Source: Candidatus Brocadiia bacterium
GTDB lineage: Bacteria; Planctomycetota; Brocadiia; CAIUPP01
DNA: 64,000 nt
NCBI GenBank assembly: GCA_050015075.1
Contig: JBEKCB010000001.1
Span: 128,001-192,000, forward strand
Direction: 5' to 3'
Part shown: in pieces, positions 19,667 to 28,992 of the stretch
Layout of the letters: each line of letters begins with the position of its first letter
Position numbering within the stretch: position 1 is the first letter of the stretch
The notes under the pieces: generated by a model
What the model was told of the DNA's origin: nothing
Databases searched by the model: none
What the model saw: the letters and a program-made list of their open reading frames with translations, nothing else
Made by a program: the position numbers and the translations under genes

Positions 19667-20710
19667 ATGGCCGCATTCGACGCGATGACGCAGATGAACC
19701 GCGATCACACGGCGCGTGAGATGCAGCGGATGAAAGTGCGCGCGCCGGTCATCCTTTTGACCACCATCGTCGGGATCGCGGCAGTCCTCGCCGGGCTGCT
19801 GCTGGCCCGCACGCAGCGCTTGCCCCTCGGAATCGCCGTCGGCGTCGCCGGCGTGCTCTGCGCGATCCTGCTGAAGATGTCGCTGCAACTCCTCGCCGAG
19901 TGGGACCGCGCGATGGTCCTGCGTTTCGGCCAGTTCCGCTCCGTCAAAGGCCCGGGGTTCTTCATGCTCGTCCCGGTCGTGGACAGCGTCGTGCGCGTCA
20001 TAGACATGCGCGTCCGCACCGCCACGTTCTACAGCGAGGCGATGCTCACCCGCGACACCGTGCCGGTCAACATTGACGCCATTGCCTTCTGGCACGTCTG
20101 GGACACGAAGAAAGCGGTGCTCGAGGTCGAGAGCTACTACCAGGCCATCGTCCTCGCGGTGCAGACCGGGCTGCGCGATATCGTGGGGATTCACTCGCTC
20201 GCGGAGATCCTCTCCGAGCGCGAGAAGATCGCCGAGACGCTCAAGAAGGTGCTCGACGAGAAGACCGAGGCGTGGGGCATCAACGTGAACTCCATCGAGA
20301 TCCGCGACATCAGCGTGCCGGACAGCCTGCGCGACGCGCTCTCGAAGCAGGCGCAGGCGGAGCGCGAGCGGCAGTCGCGGACGATCCTGGGGCAGGCCGA
20401 GCTGGAGATCGCGCAGAAGTTCGCCGAGGCGGCGAAGGCCTACGCCGACAGCCCGATCGCGCTGCAACTGCGGGCGATGAACATCGTCTACGAGGGCATC
20501 CGCGCCGGCGGCTCGATGATGATCGTCCCGAGTTCCGTGCTCGACACGATGAACCTCGGCGGTTTGGTCGCTCTCGGCGCCGCGAAGGGCCCGAAAGCGC
20601 CCGCCGCAGCGCCGGCCGACGCAACGGCCGACCGGTACCCCGGCACCGGGAAACTCCCGTCCGCAACGCCGGTGGCCCCGGCCGGTCCGCTGCCGAACGT
20701 GGGAACGTAG
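19667..20710 (+). CDS. SPFH/band 7 stomatin-like (slipin) protein
   Basis: Two TMs; VLRFG...GPG...IDMRVRT...TRDTVPVNIDA...QAQAERERQ...ALQLR. Confidence 0.88.
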   Translation: MAAFDAMTQMNRDHTAREMQRMKVRAPVILLTTIVGIAAVLAGLLLARTQRLPLGIAVGVAGVLCAILLKMSLQLLAEWDRAMVLRFGQFRSVKGPGFFMLVPVVDSVVRVIDMRVRTATFYSEAMLTRDTVPVNIDAIAFWHVWDTKKAVLEVESYYQAIVLAVQTGLRDIVGIHSLAEILSEREKIAETLKKVLDEKTEAWGINVNSIEIRDISVPDSLRDALSKQAQAERERQSRTILGQAELEIAQKFAEAAKAYADSPIALQLRAMNIVYEGIRAGGSMMIVPSSVLDTMNLGGLVALGAAKGPKAPAAAPADATADRYPGTGKLPSATPVAPAGPLPNVGT

Positions 20711-20742
20711 GACGGACGAGCATGCGGACCCGCCCAAAGCAC

Positions 20743-20800
20743 TGCTTGCAGTGTTCCCGTCCGGGCATACGAGGCAGCGCCCGACGGCGCCACTACAAGC
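20743..20800 (+). repeat. GTAG-type REP-like element (degenerate copy)
   Basis: Matches CTGCTCGTAGTGTGCCCGTCAGGGCATACG...GCGCC..ACGGCGCCACTACAA. Confidence 0.7.
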
Positions 20801-21027
20801 TGGAAAATTCCTTGACGCGGGCCACGTCGGTCGCCAGAATATGCCCGATATCACGTTTGATCGAGGTCGAGCGGAAGACCGGACAGATGCTGAGGGAATT
20901 GACGGGGCATGATCAACCGCGTCTTGTCCCTTGCTCGCAGCGCGCGCCTGGGCTAAGATGACTCGTAGCAGAGGCGCTGGGGCGTCTTTGCGGATGAGCG
21001 GATTTCATCAATTCCGGAGAGCGAGCC

Positions 21028-21216
21028 ATGGGGCGCAAACTCATTGCGATCGTCGTCGCGGCGGCGTTGGCGCTCGGCATCGGGGCGTGCGGAGAGAAGC
21101 AGCCGCCGCCGGACAAGCGGTCGGATGCCGAGAAATCGGCGGACAACGCCGGCAAGGCGCTCGAAGGCGCCGCCAAGCGCGCGAAGAACGCCGTTGACGG
21201 CGATTCGAGTAAGTAG
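21028..21216 (+). CDS. small lipoprotein
   Basis: MGRKLIAIVVAAALALGIGAC lipobox; GGAG RBS. Confidence 0.6.
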   Translation: MGRKLIAIVVAAALALGIGACGEKQPPPDKRSDAEKSADNAGKALEGAAKRAKNAVDGDSSK

Positions 21217-21262
21217 CTGTTTGACGTGGGCAAAACGGCGTTTGCGGAGGCGGCCGGACGGA

Positions 21263-21610
21263 TCAACTCGTTATCCCCGGCGGTTCGTTTTCGTCGCGCC
21301 AATGTGTCTCGTCTCCAAGAAGGCGGATCAGGTTCTTCAGGTTCTTGACCAGTTCCGGAAGGTGCTCCTTCACTACCGCGTACACTTTTTCCAGGTTCAC
21401 GGCCCCGTAGTTGTGCGCGAGGACGGGGCGCATGCCGACAATGAGCGGCCAGGAGATCTCGATCGCGCGCTGACGAATCTCGTCGCTGACCATCCGCGCC
21501 GCCTCGCCGATCACTTCCACGCAACGAATGACTGCGGATTGAACCAAGCCGTCAGCGGGGAAATCCTCGAGGGAACGCCTGCTCAAATATTGAACCGCGC
21601 GCTTGACATG
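21263..21610 (-). pseudogene. HepT/DUF86 HEPN ribonuclease remnant, 5'-truncated, with no MntA partner
   Basis: AVIRCVEVIGEAA...W..IVGMRPVLAHNYG.VNLE.V; the N-terminus is replaced by promoter-like sequence. Confidence 0.65.
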
Positions 21611-21677
21611 GCCACGGTCACTAGAATATGACAAATCGGGCATTTGATCGAGGCCGAGGCGAAGGAGGGGAAATAGC

Positions 21678-22265
21678 ATGGACATGATGCCCGAGATACC
21701 GAAGGACCTTCAAGACGACGTCGAGCGCCAACTCGACCAGGGCGAGCGCATCCGATGGATGGAACAGCCGGTTCCCCGCTTCTTTACGGCGGGGTCAACA
21801 AGCGCGTTTATCTTCGGCATCCCGTGGACGGCTTTTGCCGTTTTCTGGATTTGCGGCGCCTCGGGCTTCAAGCGCCCGGATTTCAGCAAGGGCGGCTCCA
21901 GCTTCTTCCCGCTGTTTGGCGTGCCCTTCGTCCTGATCGGGATCGCCATGCTGCTCTCTCCGCTGTGGGCGCGCCGGAAAGGGCTCAAGACCGTGTATGT
22001 GATCACCGATCGAAGGGCGATCACCTTCGACGGCGGCTGGACGACAACGATTCGGAACTACACGCCGGAGCAGCTCAAGAACATGTACCGGAAGGAGAAG
22101 AAGGATGGTTCCGGGGACGTGGTTCTTGGCCAGGTCGTCGGCATGGTGACGAAAGGCGGACAAGCGCAAATGATGGACGTCGGCTTCCTTCGGGTGCGGG
22201 ACGTGCGGAAGACCGAGCAGATGCTGAGAGAACTGATGGGCCAGTCCGCCCCGGCCGCGCAGTAG
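21678..22265 (+). CDS. hypothetical membrane protein (2 TM plus PH-like C-terminus)
   Basis: L.QGERIRW..QP, FGIPWTAFAVFW, FPLFGVPFVLIG, TVYVITDRRAI. Confidence 0.7.
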   Translation: MDMMPEIPKDLQDDVERQLDQGERIRWMEQPVPRFFTAGSTSAFIFGIPWTAFAVFWICGASGFKRPDFSKGGSSFFPLFGVPFVLIGIAMLLSPLWARRKGLKTVYVITDRRAITFDGGWTTTIRNYTPEQLKNMYRKEKKDGSGDVVLGQVVGMVTKGGQAQMMDVGFLRVRDVRKTEQMLRELMGQSAPAAQ

Positions 22266-22494
22266 CCGCCCGGCGGCCGGCCTCCGTACGCGACTAAGGA
22301 ACTCGGCAAATGATGGCGATGAAGTTCTCGTGTTACGTGCGGCTCAACTTCAGTGTGCAGGCAGGATAGGGCTTTCCGTCCTCCCTCGCAATGGAATATA
22401 AAACCCTGTCCCGGCAAAAAATCCGCATGTGGCGGCGTCTAATAAAAGAGGAGAGAAGGAAACACCGTCTCCCATAATCGGGAGGAGCATGGTT

Positions 22495-23388
22495 ATGAGA
22501 CTGTCTGGAACGGCTCATCGGCGAGCGAGGCAGTTGGCAGTGATGCTGGGCGTGGCGCTGCCGGTAGTGTTCGGAGGATTGATCGTGGGCATCGCGCGGT
22601 CCGCTTGCGCGCAGCCGGCTGCTCCGACAGTCGAGGTGCGCGGCATCTGCGTAACGGGCGCACCTTACGGAATCGGTACGGAAAAGCTAGCGTCCCTCTT
22701 TGCGAAAGGCACTACGCTGACCCTCCTGGTGACGGTACCACAGGGAGGATTGTTTGCCGTCGACGACGAAAAGACGCACCTTGTCAAATTTGCCGACGAC
22801 AAAGGAACAGACTTGAGAGGGTCAACAGTTGAATTGATCGGCGAAACGTTCGATACGCCGCAAATCAGCACTGACGGCACGGCCTGCCTCGTGGAACTCA
22901 ATGGTCCAGGATTGCCCGCCAAGGACGCGACGGCCATCATGGCCTCCGGCTGTATAAGCCTCAAGTGCGGGAGCAGGAAAGAGACCGCCCGGAACGAGAA
23001 CGCGGCGCTCAAGCCCGGCACCAAGGTCGCCGCCAATCGTATCACCTTCGAGATATCCGAGGTCAGCAAGCCGCAGTTTTCATATGGTTTCTCGCAGGCG
23101 AGTGGCGCCCCGTCCGCCACGCCGCCTACGGAGCAACTCGAAGTCACCCTCAGTACCGACCAAGATTGTTCGAGCATCGCGAGCATCACCTTCTTTGACG
23201 CGGCCGGCAAGGACCTGGGCGCCAGGCTCGTTTCGTCCAGTTGGGTGCGCATGGCAGGAATGAAAAGCGGCGCGGAGTCCTTCGTCCTTTCAAAGAAGGT
23301 TGACACGGCCACGATCTCGATCACATATTGGGCAGACGTCAAGGAAGTCCTGGTGCCGTTCGACGTCAAGGCAACGCTCGGCCTGTGA
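22495..23388 (+). CDS. hypothetical exported beta-rich protein
   Basis: GGAGGAG RBS, signal-like hydrophobic segment, long ORF. Confidence 0.6.
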   Translation: MRLSGTAHRRARQLAVMLGVALPVVFGGLIVGIARSACAQPAAPTVEVRGICVTGAPYGIGTEKLASLFAKGTTLTLLVTVPQGGLFAVDDEKTHLVKFADDKGTDLRGSTVELIGETFDTPQISTDGTACLVELNGPGLPAKDATAIMASGCISLKCGSRKETARNENAALKPGTKVAANRITFEISEVSKPQFSYGFSQASGAPSATPPTEQLEVTLSTDQDCSSIASITFFDAAGKDLGARLVSSSWVRMAGMKSGAESFVLSKKVDTATISITYWADVKEVLVPFDVKATLGL

Positions 23389-23485
23389 CGGCATAGCGCG
23401 TTCTCTGTTCTTCTCGGGCGGACACGAGACGCTCGCAAGACTGCCGGAATCGGCGCGGGCGCTCCCGGTGGAGAAGGAGACTTCT

Positions 23486-23974
23486 GTGAGCAATGCGACG
23501 CGGATCACGAGAATCTTGGCGCGGGTGTTCGGGGTGATCATGCTGGTTTCCGCCTTCGGATTACTCGCGCTCTGCGGGTCCTGCTGCAATCGAACCGCCA
23601 AATTCAAGAAAACCGCCGTCGAGGTACAGGGCACCGTCATCGAGATGAAAGAAGGCATCAGCGCCGTTTACGGGCACACGGTGTACTATCCGATCATTCG
23701 GTACGCCGACACGGGTGGGCAGGAGCACACACTCTATTCCAACGCCGGAAGCTATCCGCCCCGGTACGCAGTCGGCGACCGCATTTCCGTCCTCTACGAC
23801 CCGGCGCGCCCGAATGCGGCGCAGGTCAATATCTTCACCCACTTGTGGCTGATGCCGATCATCCTGGGGATCATCGGCGGACCCGACCTTCTCATCGGCC
23901 TGTTCGTGTTCTTTGCCGTGCCTCACATGCTTGCCCGGGCCGAAAAGCGAGCCGCAGAAGCGAGTTCGCAGTAG
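23486..23974 (+). CDS. DUF3592 domain membrane protein, tandem copy 1
   Basis: VQGTVIE...YYPIIRY...Y.VGDR.SVLYDP..P..A; flanking TMs. Confidence 0.8.
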   Translation: MSNATRITRILARVFGVIMLVSAFGLLALCGSCCNRTAKFKKTAVEVQGTVIEMKEGISAVYGHTVYYPIIRYADTGGQEHTLYSNAGSYPPRYAVGDRISVLYDPARPNAAQVNIFTHLWLMPIILGIIGGPDLLIGLFVFFAVPHMLARAEKRAAEASSQ

Positions 23975-24064
23975 CGTAGTGCTCCGGAAATACGATGCAT
24001 AAGTCCGGCGCGCGGAAGGTTGCCGGAATCTGCGATGGCGCTTCTGGTAGAGAAGGAAACTCCC

Positions 24065-24553
24065 GTGAGCGACGCGACGCGGATCACGAGAATCGTGGCG
24101 CGGGTGTTCGGGGCGATCATGCTGGCTTCTGCCTCCGGCTTACTCGCGCTCGGCGGCTCCTGCTGCAATCGAACCGTCCAATTCAAGAAGACCGCCGTCG
24201 AGGTGCAGGGCGCCGTCATCGAGCTGAAAGAAGGCAGCAGCAGCGATCACAGCCACCCGGTGTACTATCCGATCATCCGGTACGCCGACACGGCCGGCCA
24301 GGAGCGCACATTATACTCCGGTACGGGAAGCTTTCCGCCCGAGTACGCAGTCGGCGACCGCGTCTCCGTCCTCTACAACCCGGCGAATCCAAAGGATGCG
24401 AAGGTCAATTCCTTCTCCGACCTGTGGCTGCTTCCGCTCATCCTGGGGATCCTCGGCGGATTCGACCTTCTCGTGGGCCTGTTCCTGTTCTTCGGCGTGC
24501 CCTTCATCGTTGGCTGGGCCGAAAAGCGAGCTGCGCAGGCGAGTTCGCAGTAG
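24065..24553 (+). CDS. DUF3592 domain membrane protein, tandem copy 2
   Basis: Colinear paralogue of 23486-23974 at a 579-bp period. Confidence 0.8.
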   Translation: MSDATRITRIVARVFGAIMLASASGLLALGGSCCNRTVQFKKTAVEVQGAVIELKEGSSSDHSHPVYYPIIRYADTAGQERTLYSGTGSFPPEYAVGDRVSVLYNPANPKDAKVNSFSDLWLLPLILGILGGFDLLVGLFLFFGVPFIVGWAEKRAAQASSQ

Positions 24554-24743
24554 CAGGCCAGCAGTATCGCGTTCCTGAAGTAACACGCATAAGTCCAGAC
24601 CGCGTTACCCTGAGCGCGGCCCTTCGGCCGTGAGCTCAGGGGGACCGGAGGTCTTCTTTTTGTCCGGCGTCGCATGGACAACTCCGCAACCGGGGGTCCA
24701 TTATGTGCGCACTGGACCCTCTCCGACGGCGATATCCATCATC

Positions 24744-25748
24744 CTATTTCAGTTCAGTGCCGCCCCATTCCACGACCGTGAAGCCGCATCGCGTAACTGG
24801 CGGAAGGACCTGCGGCTCGATCTCGGCCCGACTGTCGCAGGCCCTGAAGACCATCAAGACCCTGATCACGGTGTCCGGCGCCGGAGTCACATCCAGAGGG
24901 ACATGCTTGCTGTACTCTGCGGTCGCGAAATGAATCACGTTGAAACGATTTCTCTCCATGCGAGGCAACCAGTAGATGATGAACTCGTCAGCTTCCCGGT
25001 CCGACAGCCCCAGCGTCGCAAGCGACTCTTCCAGGAATTGCGCGGTATTTTGGCCTTCAACGACAAAGCCGGTGCTCAGGTCATACCGCTGCGCCTCTTG
25101 GCCCTCCCAGAACAGGCAGTAGTACTTCCTGCCGGTCTTCAGGTCAACCATCTCGCCGCTCGGTCTCGCGATCACATTCCACCCGTCCGAAGAATACTCC
25201 GGGTACGTGTGCAGCAGCGTTCCGGGATACCTCAGTTTGACGATCACCCTCTGCTCGGTTTGCGGATAGAGATAGATGACCGGCTTTTCCACCGCACGGC
25301 TTGGCCAAAAAAGATAACATGCCAACCAAAACACCGATACCAACCAGAACGCCCAAACGAGACGCACGAAAAAGGTCACACGCGCGCCAAGGCGGGCGGC
25401 ATATTCCGGGTCTCGTGCAGCGATCTTCCCCCACGAGCAGGCTTTGCGGCGGAGCACAAGCATCGCGATGCTCAGGCAGGGAGAAACAATCAGTACGCTT
25501 GGAAGGAAACAGTATAGGAACGCCACATCTTTAAGGTTATTCACCCATAAGTCCGTGCCCCTGCCGCCAAACAGCATCGCCAGCCACAGCGGCGCATGAT
25601 CATCAGCCCAATCGTAAAAATCCTCCGATCTAGCAACCACAAAGATGTTAAAGGGAACGACCGTGAAAACGATCAGGGCCAGCCCAAGGGCGAATAATAC
25701 CCCTTCAACATGCCTTTTGAGCCAGTGCTCGGACTGCGTGTTCCCCAT
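24744..25748 (-). CDS. conserved hypothetical membrane protein (KPVIYLYP family)
   Basis: N-terminal TMs, then EKPVIYLYP...TYPEY...GW.V.A.P...LFWEG...EFIIYWLP...GFTVVEWGG. Confidence 0.7.
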   Translation of the reverse strand: MGNTQSEHWLKRHVEGVLFALGLALIVFTVVPFNIFVVARSEDFYDWADDHAPLWLAMLFGGRGTDLWVNNLKDVAFLYCFLPSVLIVSPCLSIAMLVLRRKACSWGKIAARDPEYAARLGARVTFFVRLVWAFWLVSVFWLACYLFWPSRAVEKPVIYLYPQTEQRVIVKLRYPGTLLHTYPEYSSDGWNVIARPSGEMVDLKTGRKYYCLFWEGQEAQRYDLSTGFVVEGQNTAQFLEESLATLGLSDREADEFIIYWLPRMERNRFNVIHFATAEYSKHVPLDVTPAPDTVIRVLMVFRACDSRAEIEPQVLPPVTRCGFTVVEWGGTELK

Positions 25749-26012
25749 CGCGGTGCCTCCACCCCGCAAACGATGCGCGATCCCGGATCGCGGCGAAGAA
25801 TACGTCCAGTCACGCGCATTTTTCGCTTCCGAAGCGCCTTTGCAAGCTGAAATCCTGCCAGCAAAGCCGTCCGCCGCATAAGGGTATAATCCAATAGTTC
25901 CCGTCTGCCCGTCCTCGGTGTGAGAGTCCGCATGCAAGCATGAGATTCGAACGAATCATATGGCCAGCCGTAGTGCAATCTATTTCGAGGGCAGAACATA
26001 AGCACCCCGCCT

Positions 26013-26082
26013 GTCATTCCCGCGAAGGCGGGAATCCACTGAGCAGCGCAACCGAATGGATTCCCGCCTTCGCGGGAATGAC
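26013..26082. repeat. paired ATTCCC-N8-GGGAAT REP-like palindromes (inverted)
   Basis: GTCATTCCCGCGAAGGCGGGAATCC ... GGATTCCCGCCTTCGCGGGAATGAC. Confidence 0.85.
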
Positions 26083-26174
26083 GGGGCGTTGAGGGGGCAG
26101 TTTTCTGCAAAGTGCTCGCACAAGAGGATGCGGAACGTACGAGATCGAATGCGATCGGCGGATCGCGCGGATTC

Positions 26175-27935
26175 TTACGCGGTCGCCTCGTCTTCGTCGA
26201 GGAGTTCGGGAATGACCTGGCGGGTCTCCTTGGCGAGGAGCGTCTCGATCTCACCGGCGCTCGTGAGGGCGAGCGCCTGCTCGGCGACGCGTTGCGCGTC
26301 TTCGTAGGAGATCGAGCGGACGAGCTTCTTGATGTCCGGGATCGCGTTCGGCGTCATGCTCAGTTTGCGGAACCCCATGCCGACGAGCAGGATGGTGTTG
26401 AGGATGTCGCCGGCCATTTCGCCGCAGATGGAGCAGTCAATGCCCGCCTTGTCGGCGGCTTCGAGCGTCAGGCGCATCATGCGCAGCACGGCCGGGTCCA
26501 CGGCCGAGTAGAGGTGCGAGACGTGCTCGTTGCCGCGGTCCACCGCGAGCGAGTACTGCACCAGGTCGTTGGTGCCGATGCTGAAGAAGTCCACCTCGCC
26601 GGCGAACGCGTCGGCCATCATGGCGGCGGAAGGGACCTCGATCATCATGCCGATCTGGATGGTTTTGTCGTACGCGAGGGAGATGCGGTCGAGTTCCTCG
26701 CGGACTTCCTGGACGACGCGCCGGGCGTCGCGCAGCTCGGAGAGGGTGGCGATGAGCGGGAACATGAAGCGGATTTTGCCCATGGCCGAGGCGCGCAGGA
26801 TGGCGCGGATCTGGTGCCGGAAGATTTCCGGGTAGAGGCGCAGCATGCGCATGGAGCGGCAGCCGAGGAACGGGTTGCGCTCGGCGAAGCCGGCGGGGAA
26901 TTTGTCGGCGCCCAGGTCGAGGATGCGGATGGTCATCGGGCGGCCCTCGAGCGCCTGGACCGCCTCCATGTACGCCTGGAAGTGCGCCTCTTCGTCGGGC
27001 GGTTTCGAGGCGGTGTGGTAGAGGAACTCCGTGCGGTAGAGGCCCACGCCTTCCGCGCCGTGCGGGAAGATGCCGGGGACTTCCTGCGGGAATTCGATGT
27101 TGGCCTCGATGCCGATGCGGCGTCCGTCGCGCGTCACGGCGGGCAGGTTGCAGTATTCGGCGGCGATGCGCTCCTCGATCGCCACGCGGCTGTGGCCGAG
27201 CGCCTCGTAGCGGCGGCGGGTGAGCGCGTCGGGGTTGAGGATCACCACTCCGTGCGCGCCGTCCACGACGATCATGTCGCCGCCGGCGACCTGGCCGCTG
27301 AGCCCCTCGACGCCGACGACGGCCGGGATGCCGAGCGCGCGCGCCAGGATCGCGGTGTGGCTGGTGCGTCCGCCCGCCTCGGTGGCGATGGCCAGCACCT
27401 TGTCGCGGTCGAGCCCGGCGGTCTGCGAGGGCGCCAGGTCGCGCGCGACGATGACGACGGGGGTCGCCAGCCGGCCGAGGTCCTCGCGGCGGCGGCCGAG
27501 CAGGTTGCGCAGCAGGCGCTGCTCGATGTCCTCGAAGTCGCGCGCCCGCTGGAGCAGGTAGGAATCTCCGGCCTCCTCGAGCGGCTTGCCGTAGCGCCGC
27601 AGGATCTGGTTGACGGCGTACTCGGGCGTGAACAGCCGGTTGGTGATGAGCGCGACGACCTGCTCGCGCAGCTTGGGATCCTCGAGCATTTCGCGGTGGA
27701 TCTGGAGGATGTCGGAGGCTTTCGGCCCGTTGCCGAGCTTCTGGCGCAGCTTGTCGCCGAGTTCGCCGATCTCGCGGCGCGACGCGGCCAGGGCCTTGTC
27801 GAAGCGCTCGATCTCGCGATGGACCTCGTCGGGCATGAGGTACTTGCGCGAGATTCGGGCGCCTTCGCTCTCGAAGAGGTAGGCCGGACCGACCGCCACT
27901 CCGGGGCTGGCGGCGATGCCTCGTTTCGTATCCAC
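26175..27935 (-). CDS. ptsI: phosphoenolpyruvate-protein phosphotransferase (PTS enzyme I)
   Basis: GIAASPG, GGRTSHTAI (phospho-His), GVGLYRTEFL, ERNPFLG.R, MIEVPSAA, FSIGTNDL.QY, CGEMAGD. Confidence 0.95.
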   Translation of the reverse strand: MDTKRGIAASPGVAVGPAYLFESEGARISRKYLMPDEVHREIERFDKALAASRREIGELGDKLRQKLGNGPKASDILQIHREMLEDPKLREQVVALITNRLFTPEYAVNQILRRYGKPLEEAGDSYLLQRARDFEDIEQRLLRNLLGRRREDLGRLATPVVIVARDLAPSQTAGLDRDKVLAIATEAGGRTSHTAILARALGIPAVVGVEGLSGQVAGGDMIVVDGAHGVVILNPDALTRRRYEALGHSRVAIEERIAAEYCNLPAVTRDGRRIGIEANIEFPQEVPGIFPHGAEGVGLYRTEFLYHTASKPPDEEAHFQAYMEAVQALEGRPMTIRILDLGADKFPAGFAERNPFLGCRSMRMLRLYPEIFRHQIRAILRASAMGKIRFMFPLIATLSELRDARRVVQEVREELDRISLAYDKTIQIGMMIEVPSAAMMADAFAGEVDFFSIGTNDLVQYSLAVDRGNEHVSHLYSAVDPAVLRMMRLTLEAADKAGIDCSICGEMAGDILNTILLVGMGFRKLSMTPNAIPDIKKLVRSISYEDAQRVAEQALALTSAGEIETLLAKETRQVIPELLDEDEATA

Positions 27936-27983
27936 CTAGTATCGTGCCCCGCAAATAACGTGCATACGTTCAACCCAGGTCGT

Positions 27984-28043
27984 GCTGCTCGTAGTGTGCC
28001 CGTCAGGGCATACGACGTAGCGCCTTACGGCGCCACTACAAGC
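27984..28043 (+). repeat. GTAG-type REP-like element
   Basis: GTAGTG-TGCCC GTCA GGGCA-TAC...GCGCC TTAC GGCGC-CACTAC. Confidence 0.8.
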
Positions 28044-28068
28044 GGCGTATGAGATTCTTCGCTTCGCT

Positions 28069-28144
28069 CCTAAGAAAATGCGCGCTCAGCGCGCATTTTC
28101 TACTGATGCACCTGCCGCGCAGCCGTTGGCGCGGCTAATGTGCT
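28069..28144. mobile_element. 76-bp two-hairpin MITE-like element inserted into a GAGATTCTTCGCTTCGCT|CAGAATGAC repeat
   Basis: Near-identical to 29621-29695; AGAAAATGCGCG/CGCGCATTTTCT stem plus GCCGCGC/GCGCGGC stem. Confidence 0.65.
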
Positions 28145-28188
28145 CAGAATGACCGCGCATTAAGCAACTTGTGACTGGGACGTCCCAC

Positions 28189-28515
28189 CTAAACATCCTC
28201 CTCGAGATTGATCCGCGTGCGGATCAGGGTCTCGATCGCGTCGAGCGCCTCCTGGGCGTCGCTGCCCTCGGCTTCGAGGACCAATTCGCAGCCGGGCGGC
28301 GCGGCGAGGGAGAGCATCTCGAGGATGCTCTTGGCGTTCGCGCTCCGGTCCGCGCAGCCGAGGCGGATGTTCGATTTATACCGGTTCGCCAGTTCCATGA
28401 TCCGGCCGGCGGGCCGCATGTGCAGGCCGGTCTTGTGCAGGAGCGGCACCTTGCGGGTGCCGCGGCCGGCGTTGGCTGGTGCGCGCTCCGGCGCCGGGGA
28501 AGTCGGTTGACCCAT
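28189..28515 (-). CDS. ptsH: HPr family phosphocarrier protein
   Basis: GLHMRPA (His15), ANAKSILEML (Ser46). Confidence 0.9.
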   Translation of the reverse strand: MGQPTSPAPERAPANAGRGTRKVPLLHKTGLHMRPAGRIMELANRYKSNIRLGCADRSANAKSILEMLSLAAPPGCELVLEAEGSDAQEALDAIETLIRTRINLEEDV

Positions 28516-28518
28516 GGA

Positions 28519-28992
28519 TCACTTGCTCAGGATCTCGTCCGCTTCGCGCAGGAGAGCGACCATCTCGTTGCGGTCCTTGGCGCGGCGAAGGAACGAGCAG
28601 ATATCCTCGTTTTTGAGGAGCGCGGTGATTTTGCGCAACGCTTCGAGGTGGGGTTCGACCGTGTCCGGCGCGCTGGCGAGCATGAAGATGAGGAAGACCG
28701 GCTGGCCGTCGAGCGAGTTGAACTCGACGCCGGTCTTCGAGCGGGCGAAGGCGCCGAGGACGCCTTTGATGCCGGCGACCTTGGCGTGCGGGACGGCGAC
28801 GCCTTTGCCGATGCCGGTGCTGCCGAGTTCCTCGCGGCGCAGCATCGCCTTCTCGACGCCGGCGGCCTGGGCTTTCGGCAGTGTGCCGCTCGCGACGAGC
28901 TGGGCCACCATCTCGGGAATCGCGTCCTCTTTCCGCGTGGCCGCCAGGTCGGGTATGATGTTCTCCGGCGCGAAAAAGTCCGAGAGTTTCAT
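28519..28992 (-). CDS. ptsN: PTS EIIA (Ntr/fructose type)
   Basis: RREELGSTGIGKGVAVPHAK, FNSLDGQPV. Confidence 0.88.
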   Translation of the reverse strand: MKLSDFFAPENIIPDLAATRKEDAIPEMVAQLVASGTLPKAQAAGVEKAMLRREELGSTGIGKGVAVPHAKVAGIKGVLGAFARSKTGVEFNSLDGQPVFLIFMLASAPDTVEPHLEALRKITALLKNEDICSFLRRAKDRNEMVALLREADEILSK

